Origin: Mobula hypostoma
Taxonomy: Eukaryota
Direction of reading: 5' to 3'
Assembly (NCBI RefSeq): GCF_963921235.1
Contig: NC_086097.1
Span: 96,164,001-96,228,000, forward strand
Length of the DNA: 64,000 nucleotides
Shown here: positions 11,713-22,940 of the stretch, in pieces
How the letters are laid out: the number at the start of each line of letters is the position of its first letter
How positions within the stretch are numbered: position 1 is the stretch's first letter
Notes under the pieces: model-generated
Told to the model about the DNA's origin: nothing
Databases searched by the model: none
Seen by the model: the letters and a program-made list of their open reading frames with translations, nothing else
Position numbers and translations under genes: made by a program

Positions 11713-13322
11713 CAGTGCCTATAAAAAGTATTCACCCCCCCTTGGAAGTTTTCATGTTTTATTGTTTTACAACATCGAATCACAGTGGATTTAATTTGGC
11801 TTTTTTGATTCTGATCAACAGAAAAAGACTCTTTTGTGTCAAAGTGAGAACAGATCTCTACAAAGTGACCTAAATTAATTAGAAATATAAAAAAAAACAA
11901 AGTAATTAAGTATTCGTAAGTATTGCATAAGTATTCACCCCCTTTAGTATGACAATACCAAATCATCACTGGTGCAGTCAATTGGTTTTAGAAGTCACAT
12001 AATTAGTTAAATGGAGATCGCTGTGCGCAGTCAAGATGATTATCAAGATGATAGTTAATTGATTATAGTAAAATACACCTGTATCTAGAAGGTCCAACTG
12101 CTGGTGCGTCAGTATCCTGTTTAAAAACTACACTATGAAGACAAAGGAATACTCCAAGCAACTCCATGAAAACGTTATTGAAAGGCACAAGTCAGGAGGT
12201 GGATACAAGAAAATTCTGAAGTCACTGAATATCCCTTGGAGTATAGTTAATTCAATCATCAAGAAATGGATAGAACATGACACAGCTGTAAATCTGCCTA
12301 GAGCAGGCTGTCTTCAAAATTTGAGTGACTGTGTAAGAAGGGAACTAGTGAGAGAGGCCACCATGAGACCTATGACAACTCTAGAGGAGTTACAAGCTTC
12401 AGTGACTGAGATATGAGAGACTGCGCATACAACAACAGCTGTCTGGATGCTTCACTAGTCTCAGCTTTATGTAAGAGTGGCAAGAAAGCCACAGTTGAAA
12501 AAAACTCACATGAGGTCTCGGCTAGAATTTGCCAGAAGGCCTGTGGGAGACTCTGAATTCAGCTGGAAGAAGCTCCTATGGTTTGATGAAAACAAAATTG
12601 AGCTTTTTGGACTTCAGACTAAATGCAATGTTTGGTGTACACACGTCATCAAAAACACACCATCCCTTCTGTGAAGCATGGTGGGGACTGCATCATGCTG
12701 TGGGGATGCTTCACTGCAGAAGGCTCATATAGGTAGAGGGTAAAATGAATGCAGAAAAATACAAGGAAAGCCTGATGCAGTCTGCAAGACAACTGCGATT
12801 TAGGAGATTTGTTTTCGTGCAAGACAATGACCCCAAGCATAAAGCCAAAGCTACACAGGAATGGCTTAAAAACAACAAAGTTAATGTCCTGGAGTGGCCA
12901 AATCAGAATCCAGACCTCAATCCAATTGAGAATTTGTGGCTGGACTTGGAAAAGGCTGTTCACTCATGATCCCCATGCAATCTGATAGAGCTTGAGCAGT
13001 TTTGTAAAGAAGAATGGGGGAAAATTGCAGTGTTCAGATGTGCAAAGCTGATAGAGACCTATCCACACAGACTGAAGGCTGTAATTACTAAGTACTGACT
13101 TGAAGAGGGTGAGTAATTATGCAATAAATTATTTTGTTTGTTTTTTATATTTGTAATTAATTTAGATCACTTCATAGACAACTGTTTTCACTTGACATGA
13201 AAGAGTCTTTTTCTGTTGATCAGAGTCAAAAAAACAAAATTAAATCCACTGTGATTCAATGTTGTAAAACAATAAAACATGAAAACTTCTGGGGGGGAGG
13301 TGAATACTCTTTATAGGCACTG
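11713..13322 (+). mobile_element. Tc1-like DNA transposon, full length but inactivated (IR/DR type)
   Basis: TIRs of ~230 bp (CAGTGCCTATAAA..TTTATAGGCACTG) with an inner repeat agtattcacccc. The left flank is TA and the right is AA. Transposase pieces from 12135: MKTKEYSKQL.., LWFDENKIELFG, QDNDPKH, WPNQNPDLNPIENLW, broken by stops and frameshifts. Confidence 0.95.
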
Positions 13323-13829
13323 AATATGGATGGAAAAGGAGGAGAGGGATATAGTAGGGTAATATAAAGATTACTCTACGCCCCTCACCGTCTCCATTTA
13401 GGCTGAAACAGTTCAGGCAGAAGGGAGACCACTTGCACAAGAAGGGGCTCCCATGCATGCAGCACCCCACCAGGATGGATGAGATGATTTCCTTCCTCAC
13501 GGGCAGGAAGGCCACCAACCCGCCATCTACCCTTGAGCAGAGGCATCACTCACTAACAAAGTTCCATGCGTTGATCAACACTGGACATCTCCATCACCAT
13601 AGCTGCTGCTGCTGTGATGCCCGAGGAGTGTTTTGGGCACACGTTATATGTATGGCTTTCTTCCAGTTGTCCTTTAAAGGCAAGAGGCAAGGTTGCTTGT
13701 TTCTCTTGCACGAGGAGCGGGGAGCACCGGGTGAGGACGGTGATGATGATGGAGAGCACAGTGCAGCATTGTGTTCAACAACACCAACGCAAGCACTTTG
13801 AGGAGATCCAGGCAGTCACAGGGAGAATG

Positions 13830-13950
13830 TGCAGACTCCGTACAGTGTTTGTGACTGTGTGATGCAGGGTAAGCGTGTGTGGAGGAGGTCAGGACTGAAC
13901 CCGGGTCCCTGGTGCTGTGAGGCAGTGGCTCCACCAGCTATGCCACTTCT
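13830..13950 (-). mobile_element. SINE head fragment
   Basis: ggactgaacccgggtccctggtgctgtgaggcag is the reverse complement of a tRNA-like SINE head with a B box. Confidence 0.5.
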
Positions 13951-14244
13951 GTGTAGGATGCACACATCACTAATGTCAGCCTTAGAAACCCTGCAGCTGT
14001 CCTCATCAAACAGGTACAGGTGGGAAGTAGTGCACTAAAGAGCCGCTGGGAGTGTGGTCTTTGCCGGTGGTGTCCAGCTCTGAGCCCCCTGTTACTCTTT
14101 ACTGGAGTCATTACTAAGGCACTAATCCAATGGGAATCTCTGGCAATCTCCAGAGAATCTTTAGCACACTGTGCAGCTTGACAAGTGTTTGGACTGTCTG
14201 CAGTCAGCTCTGATTACTGGCCAGACAACAGAGTGTCCATTTGA

Positions 14245-14555
14245 ACATGGATACAGGAGACTGCAGGTATGAGAGATGCTGGTGGAACTCAGTGGGTAGA
14301 GCAGCACAGAGAGAAGTGGACAGTCACCATTTTGGATTGGGACCCCTCACCTGGATTGAAATTCAATCTAGAGGTGGAGGGGAAGGGGAAGGGGTAGATC
14401 TAGAGCTGGCAGGGGATAGGTGGGTCTGAGTGAGAAGGGGAGTTGAGCAGATGGGGAAAGGAAGAGTGGGAATGATGCCAGAAGCTGGGAGGTGACAGGT
14501 GGACAAGATAAAGGATTGCAGATGATAGAAGCTGGTAGGAAAGCAGGATAGAACC
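14245..14555 (-). mobile_element. Penelope-like pseudo-LTR fragment, decayed
   Basis: ggagactgcag..gatgctggtggaactcag..cagtcaccattttggattgggacccctcacctgga followed by a purine-rich tract like that at 1480-1680. Confidence 0.55.
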
Positions 14556-14702
14556 AAATAAGAGCCCCTAGCTCTCCTGAGACTACCATCGCCCTAGTTC
14601 CAACTTGTGTCAGTACCAGTGTAAATGGTATGAAGGTGCCATCAGAAACTTGTCTGAGGATGGTGAAAATCTCATGTGAAGTGCAGTGTTGAGTGTGGTA
14701 AA

Positions 14703-14887
14703 TGTCAGTCAGCGGTGAGTGTACTGGTAGGTGTCAGTCAGACCTGAGTGTAGTGGTACCTGTCAGTCAGTGGTGAGTGTACTGGTAGGTATCAGTCAGA
14801 CGTGAGTGTAGTGGTACCTGTCAGTCAGCGGTGAGTGTACTGGTAGGTATCAGTCAGACGTGAGTGTAGTGGTACCTGTCAGTCAGC
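14703..14887. repeat. Minisatellite: 58-bp higher-order unit of two alternating 29-bp monomers, ~3.2 copies
   Basis: Monomer A tgtcagtcagcggtgagtgtactggtagg alternates with monomer B tgtcagtcagacctgagtgtagtggtacc. The period is exactly 58 (starts at 14703, 14761, 14819, 14877). Confidence 0.95.
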
Positions 14888-15249
14888 TTGTCCCCAAATT
14901 TTAAGGACACTGTGTATATCTGGGAACAGAGCTCCATGATTCAGCTATTTTTAAATAAATAACTGAGTAATTTATAGTAATTACAACATATTTAGATTGA
15001 AATCCTTGACTGCCTGCCCAGGATGCACCCAGCCCTTGAGGTGACCACTACCCTCTCTCCCTAGATATCCAGGCAGGGACGTCTGTCCAGAAGATGGGCA
15101 GGCAGTTGGGTTGGACAGACTCTTCAATGGCCCAGTGCCTGGTTGGGCTAGTAGTCATCCTGGCTAGGCCTAGGTCAAATTGCACATCCCTTGTGCTTTA
15201 GTAGGGCTCAGGCTGGATTTACACAGGTTGGGGAGGCGGGCGTTGAAGT

Positions 15250-18200
15250 GGAATGGTCATAAAAGGAGAGCTTCGCGGGCGTTCGGACATGCTAGAGGCC
15301 CAGTCTGCGTCAGGAGCAGAGCACTGAGAAGTGAATAGAAGCACAGTAGGGGCAAGCGGGGCGGCCATTGTGGGAGTAGGCTGGCAGTGAGAGTAGCAGC
15401 GTCGGGCTTTGATTCCAGAGGCTTCGATGAGAAGAGGCTGAGGCCAAAGACACAGGTGAAGGGTTAGTTTTTCCCTTTCTTTATCACTGATTTGGTCTTG
15501 GGTTGCCTATTGTACAGTGCAGGCAGGATGGCAGTGGAATGGTCCTCCTGTAGGATGTGAGAATCCATGGAACCTGATGGTCTCCCTGACAACCACACCC
15601 ACGAGAATCATCCAGGAGGCAGTGCAATTGATAGATACGACTTCTGAGCAGGTGGTTACACCCAGAGTGCAGAATTCATTGAGTAGGTGGGCAAACACTA
15701 AGAGAGGTAAAGGGAGAAGGAAGTCAGTGCAGGGTCCCCCTGTGACCATTCCCTTCAGCAACAGGTTACCCCTTTGGACTTTGCTGAGGGGGATGACCTA
15801 TCTGGGCAAGGCAGCAGCAGCCAGACCAATAACACTGCAGTCGGCTCTCAGCCTCAGAAGGGGAGGGTGAAGTCAGGCAGAGCAATAGTCATAGGGGACT
15901 CAATAGTAAGGGGGACAGACAGGAGATTCTGTGGCAGCAAAAGAGACGCCAGGATAGTGTGTTGCCTCCCGGGTGCTGGAGTCCAGGATGTCTCTGAGCA
16001 GTTGCAGAATATTCTTGAAGGGGAGGGTGATCAGCCAGAGGTTGTGGTACATGATGGTACCGATGACATAGGCAGGCGAGGGGTAGAGGTCCTGTGCAGT
16101 AAGTTTAGGGAGTTAGGAAGGGGGCTGAAGAGCGGACCCCCAAGGAGATAATTTCTGGATTACTCCCAGTGCCACGAGCTAGTGAAGGTCAGAACAGAAG
16201 ATAGCGTAGATCACTGAGCGGTTGAGCAGATGGTGCAGGGGTCAGGGTTTCAAGTTCCTGTACAAGTGGGACGGGTTGCACCTGAACTGGAGAGGAGCCA
16301 ATATCCTGGGAGGGAGGTTTGCTAATGATATTGGGGAGGGTTTAAACTAGATTTGCAGAGGGGTGGAAACCAAAGTGAAGATGCAGAGGATGGGGTGGTT
16401 GGCACACAAGCAGAGACAGCTTGTAGGGGATTTTTGAGGAAGGATAGGCAGATGATAGAGCAAAGATGAGCTCAGCCTGATGGTTTGAGATGTGTCTATT
16501 TTAAAGCAAGGAGTGGCATAAACAAGGCAGATGAACTTAGAGCATGGATCAATGCATGGATCTATGAAGTAGTGGCCATTACAGAGACTGGGATGTCTCA
16601 GGAGCAGGAATGGCTGCTAAGTGTGCCAGGCTTTAGATATTTAAAAAAAAAAGACAGGAAGGGAGGCAAAAGAGGTGGGGGAGTGGCGTTGATAGTCAGG
16701 GATAATATCATGGCTGCAGAAAAGGAAGAAGTCATGGAGGGATTGTCCACGGAGTCATTGTGGGTGGAAGTCAGAAACAGGAAGGGGGCAAAGGTGTTTA
16801 TATGCACCTCCCGGTAGTAACAGAGACATTGAGGAGCAGATAGGGAGACAGATTCTGGAACAGTGCAACAATAATAGGGTTGTTGTGATGGGTGATTTTA
16901 ACTTTCCTAACATTGACTGGCATCTCCTTAGAGCAAGGGGTTTAGATGGGGTAGAGTTTGTTAGGTGTGTTCAGGAAGGTTTCCTGACACAATATGTAGA
17001 TAAGTCTACAAGAGGAGAGGCTGTACTTGATCTGGTATTGGGAAATGAACCTGTTCAGGTGTCAGATCTCTTGGTGGGGAGAGCATTTTGGAGATAGTGA
17101 TCACAACTCTATCTCCTTTACCATAGGAGCGGACAATTTGGGCAAACATTTAATTGGGGTAGGGGAAATATGCTATCAGGCAGGAACTTGGGAGCAGATG
17201 TTCTCAGGGAAATGCATAGCAGAAATGTGGCAAATGTTCAGGGAACATTTACATGGTGTTCTGCATAGGTATGTTCCATTGAGGCAGGGAAAGGATGGCA
17301 GGATAAAGGAACCGTGTGTACAAGTATGTAGAAAATCTAATTAAGAAGAAAAGAAAAGCTTACGAAAGGTTCAAGAAACTAGGTACTAGCAGAGGTCTAG
17401 AAAATTACAAGGGTGCCAGGAAGGAGCTCAAGAATGTGAAGAGCAAGAGGATGAGCTGTGTGAGAATAGGATTAATCAGGTGCAACAATGGAGGAGGTAG
17501 CAGAGGTTACCTAATTAATATTTTGCTTTATTATTCACCAGTGGAAAGGACCTTGGTAATTGTGGGGATGATTTACAGAGGGCTGAAATGCTTGAGTGTA
17601 TAGACATTAAGAAAGAGGATGCACTGGAGATTTGGAAAGGTATTAAGTTAGATAAGTCACCGGGACCAAATGAGATGTACTCCAGGCTACTGTGGGAAGC
17701 GAAGGAGGAGATTTCTGAGCTTCTGACGATGAACTTTGCATCATCAATAGGGGCAGGAGAAATACCAGAGGATTGAACGGTTGCAAATGTTGCTCCCTTG
17801 TTCAAGAAAGGGAGTAGAGATAACTCAGGAAATTTTAGACCAGTGAGTCTGACTTCAATGGTGAGCAAGCTGTTGGAGAAGATCCTGAGAGGCAGGACTT
17901 ATGAACATTTGGATAGACATAATCTGATTAGGGATAGTCAGCACAGCTTTGACAAGGGTAGGTCATGCCTTATGAACCTGACTGAATTATTTGAGGATGT
18001 AACAAAATGCATTGATGAAGGTAGAACAGTAGATGTAATGTATATGGATTTCAGTAAGGCACTTGATAAGGTTCCCCATGCAAGGCTTATTCATAAAGTA
18101 AGGAGGCATGGGATCCAAGGAGACATTGCTTTGCGGATCCAGAACTAGCTTGCCCACAGAAGCAAGGGGTGGTTGTATTCTGCATGGAGGACGGTGACCA

Positions 18201-19150
18201 GTGGTGCGCCTCAGGGATCTGTTCTGGGACCCCTACTCTACGTAATTTTTATAAATGACCTGGATGAGGAAGTGGAGGGATGGGTTAGTAAGTTTGCTGA
18301 TGACACAAAAGTTGGGGATGTTGTAGATGCAGAACTGGACTGAGAAGTGGCAGATGGAGTTCAACACAGATAAGTGTGAAGTGGTTCATTTTGGTAGGTC
18401 AAATTTGAAGACAGAATATAATATTAATAATGAAATTCTCGCCAGTGTGGAGGATCAGAGAGAGCTTGGGGTCCATATCCATAGGACACTCAAAGCTGCT
18501 GTGCAGGTTTTCGGTGTGTTAAGAAGGTGTATGGTGTGTTGGCCTTCATCAACCATGGGATTGAGTTCAAGGGCCATGAGGTAATGTTACAGCTATGTAA
18601 GACCTTAGTTAGACCCCATTTGGAGTACCGTGTTCAGTTCAGGTCACCTCACTACGGGAAGGATGTGGATACTATAGAGAGTGCAGAGGATATTTACAAG
18701 GATGTTGCCTGGATTGGGGAGCATGCCTTATGAGAATAGGTTGAGTGAATTTGGCCTTTTCTCCTTGGAGCGACGGAGGATGAGAGGTGACCTGATAGAG
18801 GTGTATAAGATGATGAGAGGCATTGATCGTGTGGATAGCCAGAGGCTTTTTCCCCAGGGCAGAAATGGATAACATGAGGAGCATTGTTTTGAGGTGCCTG
18901 GAAGTAGGTACAAGGAAGAGGTCAGAGGTAAGTTTTTCACACAGAGAGTGGTGGGTGCGTGGAATGCACTGCCAGTGATGATGGTAGAGGCGAATACAAT
19001 AGGTTATTTTAATAGGGTACATGGAGCTCAGGAAAATAGAGGGCTATGCAGTAGGGAAATACTGGGCAGTTTCTAGAGTAGGTTACATGGTCAGCACAAC
19101 ATTGTGGGCTGAAGGGCCTGTAATGTGCTGTAGATTTCTATGTTCTATGT
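15250..19150 (+). mobile_element. Near full-length CR1 LINE (ORF1 with SGNH esterase, ORF2 APE+RT), inactivated
   Basis: ORF1 remnant AIVIGDSIVRGTDRRFC..CLPGA..VHDGTDD. APE motifs VVAITET and MGDFNFPNIDW. RT motifs FRPVSLTS and KFADDT. Ends in ttctatgttctatgt and has many indels. Confidence 0.92.
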
Positions 19151-19524
19151 TAATACTTTAAAGAATTAAAGTTTGCAAAGTGGTATCAGTGTCTGACAAG
19201 ACTACAACAGGCCTCTTTCCCATCTCCTGCACTCCAACCATGGACTTTCTGACTGGACATCTCCTGTTTCTACATCTCTCCACATGGTGGAGCTGGGACC
19301 CTGAAGAACACAGTCTCCCTGTGGGGATGGAGTCCAAGGCTGACTGTGGTTTGAGTGTTGAAGGCAGAGGCCAGGCCAGCCGGAAGAATTCCTGCTCTTA
19401 AAGGCCCTACTCTAAAAGGGCCTCTTAAAGGAAAGGTTCCATCACATGCTGAAAGGGATCCTAATGGAGGGACTGCTCCCCCTCACCTAACTCTAATGTG
19501 TTGCAGCTGGCAGACCTGCTACCT

Positions 19525-19972
19525 TTGAAGGGGTTATTATATGAAGAACGTTTGATGGCTCTGAGCCCATACTCACCGGAATTCAGAAGAATTAGGGGGC
19601 ATCTCATTGAAGCCTATTGAATGTTGAAAGGCCTCAACAGAGTAGATTTGGAGAGGATGTTTCCTATCCAAATCAGAGCCCAAGCCTCAGATTAGAGGGA
19701 CATCCACTTAGAACAAAGATGAGAAGGAATTTCCTTAGCCAGGGAGTGGTGAATCTGTGGAAATCTTCTCCACAGGCAGCTGCAGAAGCCAAGTCATTGA
19801 GTATACTTAAGTCAAAGGTTGGTAGATCCTTATTTAGTAAAGGCATGAAGGGACATGGGGAGAAGGCAGAAAACTGAGGCTGAGAGGAAAAAGAATCAGC
19901 CATGATTAAATGGTGGTGCAGACTCGATGGGCCAGATGGACTAATTCTGTTCTTGTATCTTGTGGACTAATG
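19525..19972 (+). mobile_element. CR1 LINE 3' fragment
   Basis: Encodes LRLEGHPLRTKMRRNFLSQGVVNLW followed by a CR1 3' UTR. Confidence 0.8.
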
Positions 19973-19974
19973 GT

Positions 19975-20270
19975 GTCAGAGCTCCAGAGACCCAGTTTCA
20001 ATCCTAACCTTGGCTGCTGTTTGTGTCAAGTTCGTGCATTCTCCCTGTGATCACATAGGTTTGCGCCAGTGCTCCGGTTCTTTACCGAATCCCAATGCCG
20101 TGTGGGTTGGCAGATTGATTGGCAGCTGTTAATTGCCCCTAGGTGAAGGGCTGAATCTGGGGAGAGTTGATGGGAATGTGGGGAGAATAAGAAATGTAAT
20201 CAATGGAGACCCAATGGTCAGCACAGATTTGGTGGGCTGAAGGGCCTGTATCCATGCTAAATATCTCTGT
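19975..20270 (+). mobile_element. tRNA-derived SINE with CR1-like tail
   Basis: gacccagtttcaatcc..attctccctgtgatcacataggtttgcgccagtgctccggtt..gggctgaagggcctgt. Confidence 0.6.
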
Positions 20271-20906
20271 AATTGCGCGCGCACACACACACACACACAG
20301 TATTAATGGTGAGACTTCCTGTCCCTACAAGGAACCCTCATGGAGAAACTCCATCCACCAATTTGTGGACTTTAACAGGACTCTGATGGTGAGAATTCCC
20401 ACCATACAGGAGACCGATAGAGAGGTTCCCTTCTTCCCACCCTCCAGCCATACTGTCAAAAAGAATCCTGACAGAAAGACACCTCTCTAAAAGGGACCCT
20501 GACAGTGTGACCTCTTCCCTGAATGAACTGAAAGGGAACAGGTGAGAAGCCCCTGCCCTACCTCATGTACCTCAAGGGTTTTGAAAGTGTCATCAGGAAG
20601 TCTGTGCTTCCACTAACACTTGATTGCAGTCCACCTACGGAAAGCCAGGGCGATGACCTGAAATGATTTTCCCCCAACTCCCCTCAAATCCAGAGGTTGA
20701 GTTCAATACCTGGAAGGCTGATCTAAGGGGAGGTTGGATGTCTACTTCAGCAAAAGTTACTGGGCTGTGTGGAAGTGTGGTCAACAGGATGGTTCTATCA
20801 CAGACCTGATACAATTATCTGGAGATAGAAACAAAATAGGTATGATCTGATGCTCTTCACAAGATGCAGAGACCAAGTTTGGGAAACTGAAATTTCAAGG
20901 ATAGTC

Positions 20907-21120
20907 ACAAACAAGAGAAAATCTGCAGATGCTGGAAATCCAAGCAACACACACAAAACGCTGTAAGAACTCAACAGGCCAGGTACATCTATGGAAAAAG
21001 TACAGTCGATATTTTGTGCCAAGACCCTTAGGCAAGACTGGAGGCCTCCTCTACTGTCGTGTTGAGGCCACACTGGGTTTGAAGGAACAACACCTTATAT
21101 TCTGTCTGGGTAGCCTCTGA
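20907..21120. mobile_element. Penelope-like fragments (inverted pseudo-LTR plus short ORF-end piece)
   Basis: acaaacaagagaaaatctgcagatgctggaaatccaagcaacacacacaaaa with a degenerate hammerhead at ~21003-21040. The following piece matches 33835-33910. Confidence 0.65.
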
Positions 21121-21332
21121 TCTCTTCAATCATGGACTTTAATCTTCACCTGTATGTCCCCTTGACCCGCCATGCACTTGACTGTTATTGGGTGCAACTG
21201 TGAATATCTCCAATGATAGCAACAAGATCCATAGTCTTAGGCAATGAGCTCTTGTTTCATTTCTTCATTGTTCTGAATGTTTCAACATATTAAGTCAGCT
21301 CCCAAGGTTATGTTCTTAATAAACTCAATCTA

Positions 21333-21573
21333 TAGAACCGTGCAAGAGTCTTAGGTATGTATATATAGCTAGGGTACCTAAGACTTTTGCACTGTACATA
21401 TTATTGGTTAAAATAGGAAGGTGTTTGGGAAACAGCAATAAGAGGACTTAGCCTTGTATTAACTCAGTAGTATTAAGTGTAATTTGGTAACTGGAAAAAC
21501 ATAATATACAGTAGTGCAAAAGTCTTATGCACCCTAGCTATAGATATGTGCCTAAGACGGCTGCACAGTACTG
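21333..21573. mobile_element. Two ~65-bp palindromic Tc1/mariner-type MITEs in inverted orientation (21333-21394 and 21509-21573)
   Basis: Each approximates cagtactgtgcaaaagtcttaggcac..gtgcctaagacttttgcacagtactg and is flanked by TA. Confidence 0.7.
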
Positions 21574-22249
21574 TACCTGTAAGTAAGGAGTTGCATATTG
21601 GCCTGTTGAACATCTTTAGCAATTTATACTTCAGACTTCATTGGCCATGGCGTTTCACCACATCTCAGCTGAGCTGAACTCAGTGATTTGCTCTCCAGGT
21701 GGAAGCTTGTAGGTTCAAAGGTTACTGCAGTGAGTCTTGACGTAATCTGCATTTCTTCACCTGTGGGTGTTGAGGGCCTGGTCCATTTGCTCATGTGCCT
21801 TTCACTGGGGTGATGTGAAAGACCCCATGGATGATCTTTTAGGGGTTCTCCCCAGAGTAGTGGCAACAGTTTTGCTTTCCTAACATCCCTTTTACAGTTG
21901 CACTCTGGAATTCCCTGCCTAAATCTATCCACCTTTGAGCTTCCCAATGCCTGTTGAAGCTCCTTAACATTTTCCCTAAGCTTTTCATCATCTGCCCTAA
22001 CATCCGTGTACGTTTGTACACTCCCAAATCATTTGTATAAGTGTGTAATGGTGTTTGTGTCTATATTTGTCTGTGTACATTTGTACAAGTGGCTATGCTC
22101 GGCTGAGTGTTCACGTGCAAGTGATATGAAAATGTAATGTTTGTACAGCATATGCATTATGTCTGTGTTTGCATGATAATGTATCAATGGAAGATTGTAC
22201 ATGACTGTGTGAGAAGGTGCTTCTGTATAAACATGCCTGCTTTTCAAAG

Positions 22250-22940
22250 CCATGCAGCCTTAACAGAGTGGATGTGGAGAGGATATTTCCTACAATGTGT
22301 CTAAGACCAGAGGACACAGTCTCAGAATAGAAGGGTGTCCTTTTAGAACGGAGATGAGGAATTAATTTCACCAGAGAGTGGTGAATCTGTGCAATTTGTT
22401 GCCAAAGAGGGCTGTGGAGGCCAAGCCATTGGGTGTATTTAAGGCAGATAGATTCTTGATTGGTCAATGTATGAAGGGATATGGGAAGAAGGCAGGAGAC
22501 TGGAGCTGAGAGGAAAAATGGATCAGCCATGATGAAATGGTGGAGCACACTTGATGGGCCAAATGTCCTAATTCTGCTCCTATACCTTTTCCCTGCTGCT
22601 GCCATCAGGTGGAAGGTACAAGAGCCTCAGGACTCTCACCACCAGGTTCAGGAACAGTTACTACCCCTCAACCATCAGGCTCTTGAACAAAAGGGGATAA
22701 CTACACTCATTCTACTTCTGGTGTTCCCACAACTGATGGTCTCACTTTAAGGACTTTATCTTGTTATTTCATGCTTGTTATTTATTGCTATTTATTTATA
22801 TCTGCATTTACAGTTTGTTGTCCATTGATCCTGTTTACAGTTACTGTTCTATAGATTTGCTAAATATGCTCACAGGAAAAAGAACCTCAGGGTTATATGT
22901 GGTGATATGTACGTACTCCGATGATAAATTTTACTTTGAA
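22250..22940 (+). mobile_element. CR1 3' fragment (22250-22583) joined to a Rex1-type 3' fragment (22585-22940)
   Basis: CR1 motif gagagtggtgaatctgtg and UTR, then ctgctgccatcagg..aggttcaggaacagttactacccctcaaccatcaggctcttgaa and tail gataaattttactttgaact. Confidence 0.75.

Noticed and set aside
14703..14887. CRISPR-like repeat array
   Set aside because: No unique spacers and no cas genes, in vertebrate DNA. It is a minisatellite.
19380..20540. Loose repeats such as aaagggaccctgacag and aaagggatcctaatgg around the CR1/SINE
   Set aside because: Too degenerate to define a period by eye.
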